A stretch of DNA of 32,000 bases from Nitrosarchaeum koreense MY1 (lineage in GTDB: Archaea; Thermoproteota; Nitrososphaeria; Nitrososphaerales; Nitrosopumilaceae). Shown here one piece after another: positions 16,859 to 24,757 of the stretch. The first letter of the stretch is position 1. The number at the start of each line of letters is the position of its first letter. The notes beneath the pieces were generated by a model, which was not told the DNA's origin, did no database searches, and saw nothing but the letters and a program-made list of their open reading frames with translations. The stretch spans positions 685,512 to 717,511 of the forward strand of contig NZ_AFPU01000001.1 in assembly GCF_000220175.1 (NCBI RefSeq), read 5' to 3'. Both the position numbers and the translations under genes were made by a program.

Positions 16859-17667
16859 CTTACTTTCACCATTAATTCTAGATGTGTTGATTTTATCTTT
16901 GCAATCTCTTCTATTGCTGCTTTTGAATACACTGTTAATCTAATTGGATCAGAACCTGGTGCCAAATCTAATACACTCAATTCTTTTACAGATCTTACCT
17001 CAACTCCTGGTAATGCGCCACATGCTTTGCTAATTTTTGATGCATCTTTTGTGACAAACAATACGCTCTTTCCTACTTTTTTGCTTCTGCCTCTAAGTGA
17101 TGATTTTCCAGTACGTGGTTTTCTTGCTTGAAGTCTTTCTACGTCTTTCATCAATTTTAGATCTTCTAACACTTTGAAAATATCGCTTGCTTTTGAAATT
17201 GATTCAATGTCATTTGTTACAACAATTGGGAATGATTCAATGCCTTCTATTTTGTGGCCCCTTGATTTAATCAAGTCTTTTGAAGCAGTTGCAGCTATTG
17301 CAGAACAAAAAGCTAGCTTGTTTTCTTTCTTGTTTAATTTCTTAAAAATTACTCTTTCAACTATTGGAGGATGAGCTTGTCTGCCACCTCTTACTGAAGC
17401 AACACCACCTGCTTGACCTTGTCTTCCACCACCACCACCTTTCATCTTTGCAATACGTGCTTGATGTTGTCCTGTTGGTGGATCGTTTGATCTTGCCACT
17501 ACATCCATACCTGCAGTTGGATGTCTTCCCTGTGGTTGGAATTTATGTGATGTCAAATTTGTAAATGCCTTGTGAATAAGTTCAGCCCTAAATGGAGTTG
17601 AAAAGATTAATGGTAATTCAACTTCGCTATCCTTGGTTCCCTTTATTGTTAATAATGATGTTTTCAT
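16855..17667 (-). CDS. rpl4: 50S ribosomal protein uL4
   Basis: 270 aa with the uL4 extended-loop region (GGGGRQGQAGGVASVRGGRQAHPP). Its ATG overlaps the uL3 stop by 1 nt. Confidence 0.95.
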   Translation of the reverse strand: MKTSLLTIKGTKDSEVELPLIFSTPFRAELIHKAFTNLTSHKFQPQGRHPTAGMDVVARSNDPPTGQHQARIAKMKGGGGGRQGQAGGVASVRGGRQAHPPIVERVIFKKLNKKENKLAFCSAIAATASKDLIKSRGHKIEGIESFPIVVTNDIESISKASDIFKVLEDLKLMKDVERLQARKPRTGKSSLRGRSKKVGKSVLFVTKDASKISKACGALPGVEVRSVKELSVLDLAPGSDPIRLTVYSKAAIEEIAKIKSTHLELMVKVR

Positions 17668-18659
17668 TAGATTACTACCTCCAAAATATTTGGCTTGGTG
17701 ATTTTCACTGGTGCGTTTCTAATCTGACTTCTTAGCTTGATTAATCTTCTATATGTTCCTGGAACTGAGCCTTTTAGAATAATAAAATCTCCTTTTACTA
17801 AACCAAAGTGTTTGTACCCGCCATCTGGATTTATTTTTATTTGATTGTTTTCTGTATTGCCAATTACCATTATTCTTTTGTCATATTCTGTTCTTTGATG
17901 AAATCCCATTTGACCTGCTCTTGGGACTGAATACATGACACTAGCTGGTGAAATTGGACCTAGTGATGCAACTTCTCTAACTGTCTTTCTTGACTTGTGT
18001 TGTTTTTTCTTTACCCCAAATCTTTGTATGACTCCTTGCCATCCTTTGCCTTTTGTAATTGCTGCAACATCAATTGTTGCTCCTGTTTCAAAAATTTGAT
18101 CAATTTTAATTTCTTTTCCTAATAGTTCTTTTACATGTGCAAATTGTTTTTTGATGTCACCGCCACTAACTAAAGCTTCAAAGATGTACGGCTTTTTTTG
18201 TTCTAATCCGGCATCACGTGGAGATACAGCAACTATTGCAAAAATTTCTTTGACTCTGCCGAGTATTTTTTCTGCATTTTCCATTGCGCCTTCTTTATTT
18301 TTAAAATTAATTTCTTTAGATATGTTTTTTGGAAATTCTTTTGCATATACGTCAAATTCTGCATGTAATCCGTAATGATCTTTTGAATACCCTCTAACTC
18401 CTAATATTGAAACTGGTGGAGTTACTAACACTGTTCCAAGACTTACAAGTTGCTTTCCTGCATTTGGAGTCTTTTCACGATCATCAATGGTGACTAGTTG
18501 AACACAGCCTGCTTTGAAACCGCAATGTGCTAAAATTTTTGGTTCATCAGAATTGTTTTTTGGCCATGTTCTGATACGTGCTTCCATACTTTTGGCACGT
18601 CCTCTTGGATAGTATGCTGCACTACCTCTACGTGGTTGCGCGTATTTTCGATGACCCAT
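17667..18659 (-). CDS. rpl3: 50S ribosomal protein uL3
   Basis: 330 aa with N-terminal MGHRKYAQPRRGS and GKGWQG motifs. It is the first gene of the r-protein operon. Confidence 0.95.
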   Translation of the reverse strand: MGHRKYAQPRRGSAAYYPRGRAKSMEARIRTWPKNNSDEPKILAHCGFKAGCVQLVTIDDREKTPNAGKQLVSLGTVLVTPPVSILGVRGYSKDHYGLHAEFDVYAKEFPKNISKEINFKNKEGAMENAEKILGRVKEIFAIVAVSPRDAGLEQKKPYIFEALVSGGDIKKQFAHVKELLGKEIKIDQIFETGATIDVAAITKGKGWQGVIQRFGVKKKQHKSRKTVREVASLGPISPASVMYSVPRAGQMGFHQRTEYDKRIMVIGNTENNQIKINPDGGYKHFGLVKGDFIILKGSVPGTYRRLIKLRSQIRNAPVKITKPNILEVVI

Positions 18660-18753
18660 GTTAAATCGAAGTCGTCTTCAACCGTCTAATAAACCATGTG
18701 AGATATCGTTAACTTGTAAAAATTAAGTGGTTAACGAACTATTTCTAATATGA

Positions 18754-18864
18754 TCATGGCGATATCAAATTATTTGCATAATTCCAAATTGTTACTGCTC
18801 CGATGATTACTCCTACTGCTCCCAACCCCATTGCTAAAATTAAGAAATTTCTTTTTTCTGCCAT
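18754..18864 (-). CDS. candidate micro-ORF, single-TM peptide (36 aa)
   Basis: Hand translation: MAEKRNFLILAMGLGAVGVIIGAVTIWNYANNLISP. Its ATG lies 6 nt after the stop of the upstream SPOUT gene. Codon content (GGA/GCA/GTA) is noticeably less AT-rich than true intergenic DNA here. Confidence 0.4.
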   Translation of the reverse strand: MAEKRNFLILAMGLGAVGVIIGAVTIWNYANNLISP

Positions 18865-18870
18865 TTTGTA

Positions 18871-19683
18871 TCACCCTATTTTGTATGCATTAATTATTGA
18901 TAATGTTCCTAAAAGTGCTTCATCTAGACGTACAGTTTCTGTTGCTTGGTTTGGAAAGAAATTCAATGTTTTTGCATTCTGAACGTTCTTCATTTTACCT
19001 CCCAATATTTCATGAACTCCTTTTTCAGGTGAGCCAAATACCACTAAAATAGGAAGATCTGAGCTTAGATATTTTGTTAATTGTTCTTTTGTTGCTGTTC
19101 TCCCCTTTCTTGAAGTAATTATGATGTTTCCTTGCCATTCAGTTAACAATGAAAATAAGCTTGCTCTCTCTTTAACTGCATAACCCCAGTATAACGAGGT
19201 TTCATTTCTTTGAATTTCTTTAACTGAAAAATCTGGATATCCTGTCTTGAATTGGACGGTTGCTCTTTTACCGACATTTTCTTTTCCAAAAAATGGTATT
19301 AATTCATTAATTCCAACATCAATGAATTTTTTACCCTTTAGACTTACTATTACTCCTTCTCTTACATCTCCAACGTTAATTTTTTTGGAATTTGCTGGTG
19401 TTGAGTGACTAGGAATTTTTAACGGATACAACACACCTGCAAACTTCAGTTCATTCATCTTTGGGAATAATCGTCTTCGTAAAAATTGAGGAGTCTCAAG
19501 ATATCTTAAAATTGTTACAAGTAAATTACCGTCTTCTCTATAATTTCCTTCTTGGTAAACATAAATTGTATCTATTTTAAAAATTGCACAAGCTCTTGCA
19601 AGTACCGATATCTTCCGTGTCTTATCTAGCTTTAAGGATTCATCAGATAATGCTGATTCAGGGATTGCAACAGAAATTTTCAA
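18871..19683 (-). CDS. SPOUT-superfamily putative RNA methyltransferase (DUF171/COG2106 family)
   Basis: 270 aa with a TTG start. The N-terminal KISVAIPESALSD, the central OB-like insert and the C-terminal VVFGSPEKG...NQATETVRLDEAL knot-region motifs fit the archaeal DUF171 family, which commonly precedes rpl3. Confidence 0.8.
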   Translation of the reverse strand: MKISVAIPESALSDESLKLDKTRKISVLARACAIFKIDTIYVYQEGNYREDGNLLVTILRYLETPQFLRRRLFPKMNELKFAGVLYPLKIPSHSTPANSKKINVGDVREGVIVSLKGKKFIDVGINELIPFFGKENVGKRATVQFKTGYPDFSVKEIQRNETSLYWGYAVKERASLFSLLTEWQGNIIITSRKGRTATKEQLTKYLSSDLPILVVFGSPEKGVHEILGGKMKNVQNAKTLNFFPNQATETVRLDEALLGTLSIINAYKIG

Positions 19684-19711
19684 CGTAATTAAATCTCACA
19701 TGTGACTATGG

Positions 19712-20449
19712 TTATTTCTTTTCGTGAGGATATTTCTCTTTAGCAGTTTTTGCATATTTTGCAATCTGCTCATCTGAGACTAATTCAAATGTCTCTGTTT
19801 TAGTTTTAATCTGTGCCATTCTGATATGGCTTGTTCCTTCTCTATCTTCACTAGATAGATAAATTGCTGCAGATGCTAACACTGATGCATCTTCTATTGA
19901 CAATTCATGATTGTATGTTTTTTCTAAAAAGTCTGTTACTTGATCAGAACCAGATCCAATTGCAATTGCGTCGTATGAAATGTATGTCCCACTTGGATCT
20001 GTGAGGTAAAGCTGTGTGTTGTTATTTACCACCCCTCCCAAAATTAATGCAACACCATATGGTCTTACACCTGCATACTGTGTATATTGTTGAGATTGAT
20101 CAGCTAAATGTTTTGCAATTGTTTCAACTTCAACAGCTTCATCATAAATCATCTTGTTACTTTGAGAAAAGAATCTGGCATTATCTACCTGACTTCTAGC
20201 ATCTGGAATGTATCCTGCTGCTGCTACTCCTATATGATCATCAATTTGAAATATTTTTTGTGCAACATCTGTAATCTGTAATTTTCTTGGTTTTTCTTCT
20301 ACTGCAATTACGATTCCTTCTTTAGATTTTATTCCAACTGCGATAGTTCCTCTACGTACAGTCTCAATAGCGTATTCTACTTGGTATAGCCTGCCGTCTG
20401 GTGAAAATACTGTAATGGCTCTATCGTAGCCTTGTTGTGCAGGAAGCAT
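19712..20449 (-). CDS. psmA: proteasome subunit alpha
   Basis: 245 aa with the N-terminal YDRAITVFSPDGRLYQVEYA signature of 20S alpha subunits. Confidence 0.96.
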   Translation of the reverse strand: MLPAQQGYDRAITVFSPDGRLYQVEYAIETVRRGTIAVGIKSKEGIVIAVEEKPRKLQITDVAQKIFQIDDHIGVAAAGYIPDARSQVDNARFFSQSNKMIYDEAVEVETIAKHLADQSQQYTQYAGVRPYGVALILGGVVNNNTQLYLTDPSGTYISYDAIAIGSGSDQVTDFLEKTYNHELSIEDASVLASAAIYLSSEDREGTSHIRMAQIKTKTETFELVSDEQIAKYAKTAKEKYPHEKK

Positions 20450-20501
20450 TTGATTTCAATGCTTTGAAAGTTTAATTTAAGCTTTGGTGCCCTCCCTTCC
20501 C

Positions 20502-20918
20502 ATGCGATTTGAGATTCAATTTTCTGGTCATGAAAATATACGATCAAATCATCAGAAAACAATTGAAATTACAAAAGAATCCCATCTCACTCCAAGTGGC
20601 GATTGTATCATTGGTGTCAATGCTTCTGCTAGCTGTGCTGATTTACCTGATTCAATTAAAAAAAAATTACAAAACCCAAATTCAAAAGTTAACTTTTCAA
20701 TTAAAGTAGGCTCACATGAATTTATTGTCAAAGGAAGAGGTCACGAGGATCTAATTCTTACTCATCATGAAGATATTGTGATACGAAAAAGTAATTTTGT
20801 CTGTCCAAGAACATTGGCTGTAAAGTGTGATAAGGCATCGGATCTTATGCCCAGAGAGATGATCTCTTTATTGCAAAACCCTGACACTAGGGGCACATTT
20901 ACAATAATGATCGACTAA
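20502..20918 (+). CDS. DUF371 domain protein
   Basis: The ORF track starts at TTG 20484; the first ATG (20502, MRFEIQFSGHENIRSNHQKTIEITKE...TPSGDCIIGV) matches the usual DUF371 N-terminus. It is divergent from psmA. Confidence 0.75.
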   Translation: MRFEIQFSGHENIRSNHQKTIEITKESHLTPSGDCIIGVNASASCADLPDSIKKKLQNPNSKVNFSIKVGSHEFIVKGRGHEDLILTHHEDIVIRKSNFVCPRTLAVKCDKASDLMPREMISLLQNPDTRGTFTIMID

Positions 20919-20957
20919 ACATGTGACAATTTTATATCAATTAGTTTAACGTAATAC

Positions 20958-21080
20958 ATGGGTCTAAAAACAAAAATTTTCATTCTAATTCCTCTGATAA
21001 TATTTGGTGTGATAATTTTTGGAACCGCGTTATATATGGAAATTTGTAAAAACTCTAGCTTGGCAGTGATTGACTGCTAA
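20958..21080 (+). CDS. candidate micro-ORF, single-TM peptide (40 aa)
   Basis: Hand translation: MGLKTKIFILIPLIIFGVIIFGTALYMEICKNSSLAVIDC, ATG to TAA. There is no homology evidence. Confidence 0.25.
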   Translation: MGLKTKIFILIPLIIFGVIIFGTALYMEICKNSSLAVIDC

Positions 21081-21167
21081 TTTGCGGTATTATTTTTCAA
21101 TTATTTTCTACTTTGGTTAATTCTGATTTAGCATGGATTTCATAAACTACCTGCTCTTACAGACTTC

Positions 21168-21509
21168 ATGCAAAAACCTGTGATTGAATTGCAAACCTCT
21201 GAGGAACCAACTGAAATTGAGCTAAAAAAAATACGAGAATATTTCAAAGAAATGCCCATTAATGATATTTTATCTGGTCTAAAATTCGCTAAAAACAGAT
21301 GGTCTGCTAAAGACTCTGGGACATTAAAAGTTGGCAGAAAAAGCATTATCCAAAAAGAGGTACATTCTGTTACTTCTGAACAGGCCCAATGGAGATTAAA
21401 AAATTGGAAGATGATGATTGCAAATTATCGTCGGAGAGGTTACAGTTATCCGACCATATCTAGAATCAAAAAAATTTTAATTCAAAAAAGTAAAAAGAAA
21501 ATAAAATAA
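21168..21509 (+). CDS. hypothetical basic protein (113 aa)
   Basis: ATG-start ORF with an acidic N-terminus and a very basic C-terminus (RRRGYSYPTISRIKKILIQKSKKKIK). I recognise no family. An overlapping antisense ORF (21140-21346) looks less protein-like. Confidence 0.5.
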   Translation: MQKPVIELQTSEEPTEIELKKIREYFKEMPINDILSGLKFAKNRWSAKDSGTLKVGRKSIIQKEVHSVTSEQAQWRLKNWKMMIANYRRRGYSYPTISRIKKILIQKSKKKIK

Positions 21510-21519
21510 TGCCAAACTT

Positions 21520-22176
21520 TTAGATTAAAACATCTGATGTTCTTCTTTGGGGTGTGCCTTGTTTTAGTGTGTCTGGAATATCTGGTATTGATGATTTGGT
21601 TTGTCCTGCAATTATAGAATGTGCCTCTTCAAGAATTGCCAATGTGTCTGCATTGTTATTTGTATTTCCAAGACTCATCAAATCATTTCCTTCCATCGAT
21701 GATCCACTCATTACATCTCCCAATATTTGTGACAAGTCTTGCATAGATGATGTTGCTTCTGGCATGATGCCGCTTAGTGAAGGACTCAATCCTTTGATTA
21801 TTGACATACATGGACTAAGTGTAACTACTACATCTCCAAGTTCAGACACTGTATTGAGTCTTAACTGAATTTGCTCCATTGATAATTTTGCCCCGCTTAC
21901 CATGTTTTTCATTTTTCTAACTTGGACAAGCTCGTTTGCATATGCTTGTGCATATGCATTGTTGTGTGTTTTTTGGGCATTGACTACTTTCTCAAAAATT
22001 CCGTCATGTTTTTTTTGTAGTTTTTCATTAATCCCTTCTAATTTGCTTATTTGAAATTGTAATTTTCTTTGCGCTTCTTCAATTCTGGATTTTAATGGAA
22101 TATCCGGTCTTACTTTTCCCATTACTCGTTGAGAAATGCTTTCCCCTTCGGTTTTATTCCATGAGTTACTTATCAA
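21520..22176 (-). CDS. cdvB: ESCRT-III/Snf7-family cell-division protein (CdvB paralog)
   Basis: 218 aa. It has the coiled-coil core typical of archaeal CdvB/Snf7 (LQFQISKLEG...EKVVNAQKTHNNAYAQAYANELVQVRKMKN...LSMEQIQLRLNTVSELGDVVVTLSP...GIMPEA) and an acidic/Pro-containing tail. The start is TTG 22176; the first ATG would be M19. Confidence 0.8.
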   Translation of the reverse strand: MISNSWNKTEGESISQRVMGKVRPDIPLKSRIEEAQRKLQFQISKLEGINEKLQKKHDGIFEKVVNAQKTHNNAYAQAYANELVQVRKMKNMVSGAKLSMEQIQLRLNTVSELGDVVVTLSPCMSIIKGLSPSLSGIMPEATSSMQDLSQILGDVMSGSSMEGNDLMSLGNTNNNADTLAILEEAHSIIAGQTKSSIPDIPDTLKQGTPQRRTSDVLI

Positions 22177-22272
22177 ATCTTCATTTCCCCATTATGGGTG
22201 TAGTTTTTTGTTTTAAATGAATTTGTCACTCTTCTATGTGTATCCATGGTAACATGGGACTTGAGTTACACT

Positions 22273-23382
22273 CTATCCAAACGTAAATGTGTACATCTGA
22301 AATCCAGGTTCGCTTATCCTGATTTCCAATATGTGCGATGAAGGCTCATTACTGTTTACAATGTTGTACAGTCCTGCTCCTGAAACTGTAATTTTACCAT
22401 CTTCGTTTACATCCGTACCTGCATAATCTTTTGAGATAGGCAACCCGTCAAGGAGTATCTCTAATTTTGCCATATTAGCTGTAACGATATTTACTTCTTT
22501 TGCATTATAATGCAGTTTGATTGAACCGTTGTTTGAAACTAGCTCCATGCTGTCTTCTAGGTTTTTCCATTCTCCTACTGGATAAAATTTATGTAATTCG
22601 ATATTATTTGGTTCAGAGTATGTTACTGTCTTTTCTGGATTGAATCCTTCGTTACTTCCCAGCTGATTTCTGCCTTGAGCAAAATCATACCCAAAATACA
22701 ACTCTGGTGTTCTAAAATTTGAATGCTCAAACTCTTTAATGTCGACCAGTCTTTCAGTAGAGTTAATTTGTAATCCTAAATTCATTGCCCTTTCTTTTAG
22801 TAATGATTGAATTACTTTTTCTGTCTCCTTGTAATCTCCCTCTCCAATATGATCATATCTTATGTATCCTTCATCGTCTGCAATGTATTTTCTAGGCCAA
22901 TATCGATTTTCAAACGCTTTCCATGTTGCCATGTCGTTATCCATTACAACGGGATACTTTATTCCATGTTTGATGATTGCAGATTCCACATTTTCAGGAA
23001 TTTTTTCAAATTCAAATTCAGGAGAATGAATTCCTATTATTAGCAATCCTTCATCTGAATATTTTTCATTCCATGCAACAATGTATGGGAGGGTTCTTAC
23101 ACAGTTAATGCAACTATACGTCCATATGTCATACAGCACAACCTTCCCTTTCATTTCTTTTGCCAACTCTTCTGGCGTTGTGTTAAAATAATTTGCAATT
23201 CCTACAATTTGTGGCGCTTTTTTAAACTTTGATTTATCTATGCTATTTACAGCGTTTGTTTCAAGCGAACTATCGGATGTTTGTATATCTGAATTTATTG
23301 AAGATAATAGTACGCTGATTGTTCCTACAATACCTATTATGATCATTCCAAAAATAATTGCAGTTTTAATTTCTGATTTCAT
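22273..23382 (-). CDS. membrane-anchored thioredoxin-like (TlpA/DipZ C-terminal type) protein with C-terminal beta-sandwich domain
   Basis: 369 aa with an N-terminal TM anchor and a redoxin domain carrying the CxxC motif (WTYSCINCVRTLP). The roughly 165-aa C-terminal domain (ELYFGY...) resembles the one fused to the thioredoxin domain in DipZ-type proteins. Confidence 0.85.
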   Translation of the reverse strand: MKSEIKTAIIFGMIIIGIVGTISVLLSSINSDIQTSDSSLETNAVNSIDKSKFKKAPQIVGIANYFNTTPEELAKEMKGKVVLYDIWTYSCINCVRTLPYIVAWNEKYSDEGLLIIGIHSPEFEFEKIPENVESAIIKHGIKYPVVMDNDMATWKAFENRYWPRKYIADDEGYIRYDHIGEGDYKETEKVIQSLLKERAMNLGLQINSTERLVDIKEFEHSNFRTPELYFGYDFAQGRNQLGSNEGFNPEKTVTYSEPNNIELHKFYPVGEWKNLEDSMELVSNNGSIKLHYNAKEVNIVTANMAKLEILLDGLPISKDYAGTDVNEDGKITVSGAGLYNIVNSNEPSSHILEIRISEPGFQMYTFTFG

Positions 23383-23386
23383 CTAG

Positions 23387-24121
23387 TCAACTCCAAAGTA
23401 ATAACTCATTGAGTAATGGAAAATTAGCAATGTATGCCAATTGATTTGTAAATACTAAAACTCCCAAAAGTATGATGAATGAACCTAAAATTATGTTGTA
23501 GAATTTTAAGTGTCTGCTCATAATTTTTATTATTTTACTTGCTCTTGAATAAAATACGCCCATTAGGATGAATGGTATGCCTAGACCTAGAGAGTATACT
23601 AGCAGTAAATTGAAAGCAACAGATGGTGTTGTTGCTGCAAGAGTTAGGATAGTTCCCAAAATAGGCCCTACACATGGAGTCCAACCTACAGCAAATGCTA
23701 ATCCAAACACAAAAGACAGTGGAAAGCTTGCTTTAGTTCGTTTAGGTAAGATTTTTTTTTCAACATTTAGCTTACTGATTTTTGTAGATAATATCAGAAA
23801 AATTCCAAAACTTACAATGATAATTCCACCTATCTGATTTAATACTTCAATTACTTCACCAACCGTACTTGCTAATATGCTGTTAATTACTACCCCTAAT
23901 GTAGAAAATACAACTGAAAATCCAAGAACAAAAAATACTGAATTCAATATGATGTTTGTTCTGTTAATTGTAACTGTTTTGCTTCCTTTATTTTGATTAA
24001 GATCGCTTAGTGTAGTTCCTGAAATGTATGCTAGAAATGCTGGAATCATAGGTAGTATGCATGGAGCAACAAATGAAGCTAACCCTGCTAATGCTGCCAC
24101 CGCAAGTGTAACTTCTACCAT
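23387..24121 (-). CDS. ccdA: CcdA/DsbD-family transmembrane thiol-disulfide electron transporter
   Basis: 244 aa and polytopic. The two conserved Cys-containing motifs FVAPCILPMIP and GWTPCVGPILG are present. It is immediately upstream of the thioredoxin-like gene, with 4 intervening nt. Confidence 0.9.
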   Translation of the reverse strand: MVEVTLAVAALAGLASFVAPCILPMIPAFLAYISGTTLSDLNQNKGSKTVTINRTNIILNSVFFVLGFSVVFSTLGVVINSILASTVGEVIEVLNQIGGIIIVSFGIFLILSTKISKLNVEKKILPKRTKASFPLSFVFGLAFAVGWTPCVGPILGTILTLAATTPSVAFNLLLVYSLGLGIPFILMGVFYSRASKIIKIMSRHLKFYNIILGSFIILLGVLVFTNQLAYIANFPLLNELLLWS

Positions 24122-24208
24122 GAATTAATTTGGTAATTTTTCTTTTAAAGGATTGTTCCAAATCTGCAAGTCCATTTCATTTTTATCTAAGATAAAATTT
24201 GTTTTATT

Positions 24209-24313
24209 ATGAATAAGCGATTCATTCTTGTGGGTGTTGCCTTGGGAATTATTGTTATTCTTGCCGTACTAATTGGCTCTCCTGCAATCGGTGGATTTGA
24301 TTCGCTTCGTTAA
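24209..24313 (+). CDS. candidate micro-ORF, single-TM peptide (34 aa)
   Basis: Hand translation: MNKRFILVGVALGIIVILAVLIGSPAIGGFDSLR, ATG to TAA. There is no homology evidence. Confidence 0.25.
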   Translation: MNKRFILVGVALGIIVILAVLIGSPAIGGFDSLR

Positions 24314-24385
24314 TGCGATTATCTATATTTCAAATAAACATTAAATTTTTTTTTTAACTAATATTATTATTGTGCAATCAAATTA

Positions 24386-24757
24386 TTGATTTCATTGCCT
24401 AGCGTTCTTGTTGTTGATGATGATCCTGATAGTCGTGATGCTTTATCTGATCTGCTTGAATTAAAGGGGGTTGAAGTTCTAGCAAAGGGAGTTAACGGGC
24501 ATGACGCTGTACAAAAATTTTCTCAGCATAAACCTGATCTAATATTGATGGATATGATGATGCCTAATTTTGATGGGATGTATGGTTTGGAACATATTAA
24601 AAATATTGATTCAAGTGCCAAAGTGATAATGATAACTGCAGATCAATCACAAACAACACGTGATAAAATTTACAGATATCCCAATACCAAAATTATTGCT
24701 AAACCCATTGATATTGATCAACTAGTTAAACTGATTATGGAAAAATCATTTTGGTAA
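24386..24757 (+). CDS. stand-alone response regulator receiver (CheY-like) protein
   Basis: 123 aa with a TTG start. It carries the receiver motifs VLVVDDDP, the phospho-acceptor context DLILMDMMMP, and IMITA...AKP. There is no output domain. Confidence 0.9.
   Translation: MISLPSVLVVDDDPDSRDALSDLLELKGVEVLAKGVNGHDAVQKFSQHKPDLILMDMMMPNFDGMYGLEHIKNIDSSAKVIMITADQSQTTRDKIYRYPNTKIIAKPIDIDQLVKLIMEKSFW

Noticed and set aside
13168-17564. Plus-strand ORFs opposite the ribosomal protein operon (for example 13168-13458, 13449-13643, 13679-14014, 15022-15303, 15397-15630, 16844-17131, 17174-17564)
   Set aside because: They are antisense to highly conserved r-protein genes. They are Ser/Phe/Leu-rich shadow frames with no independent support.
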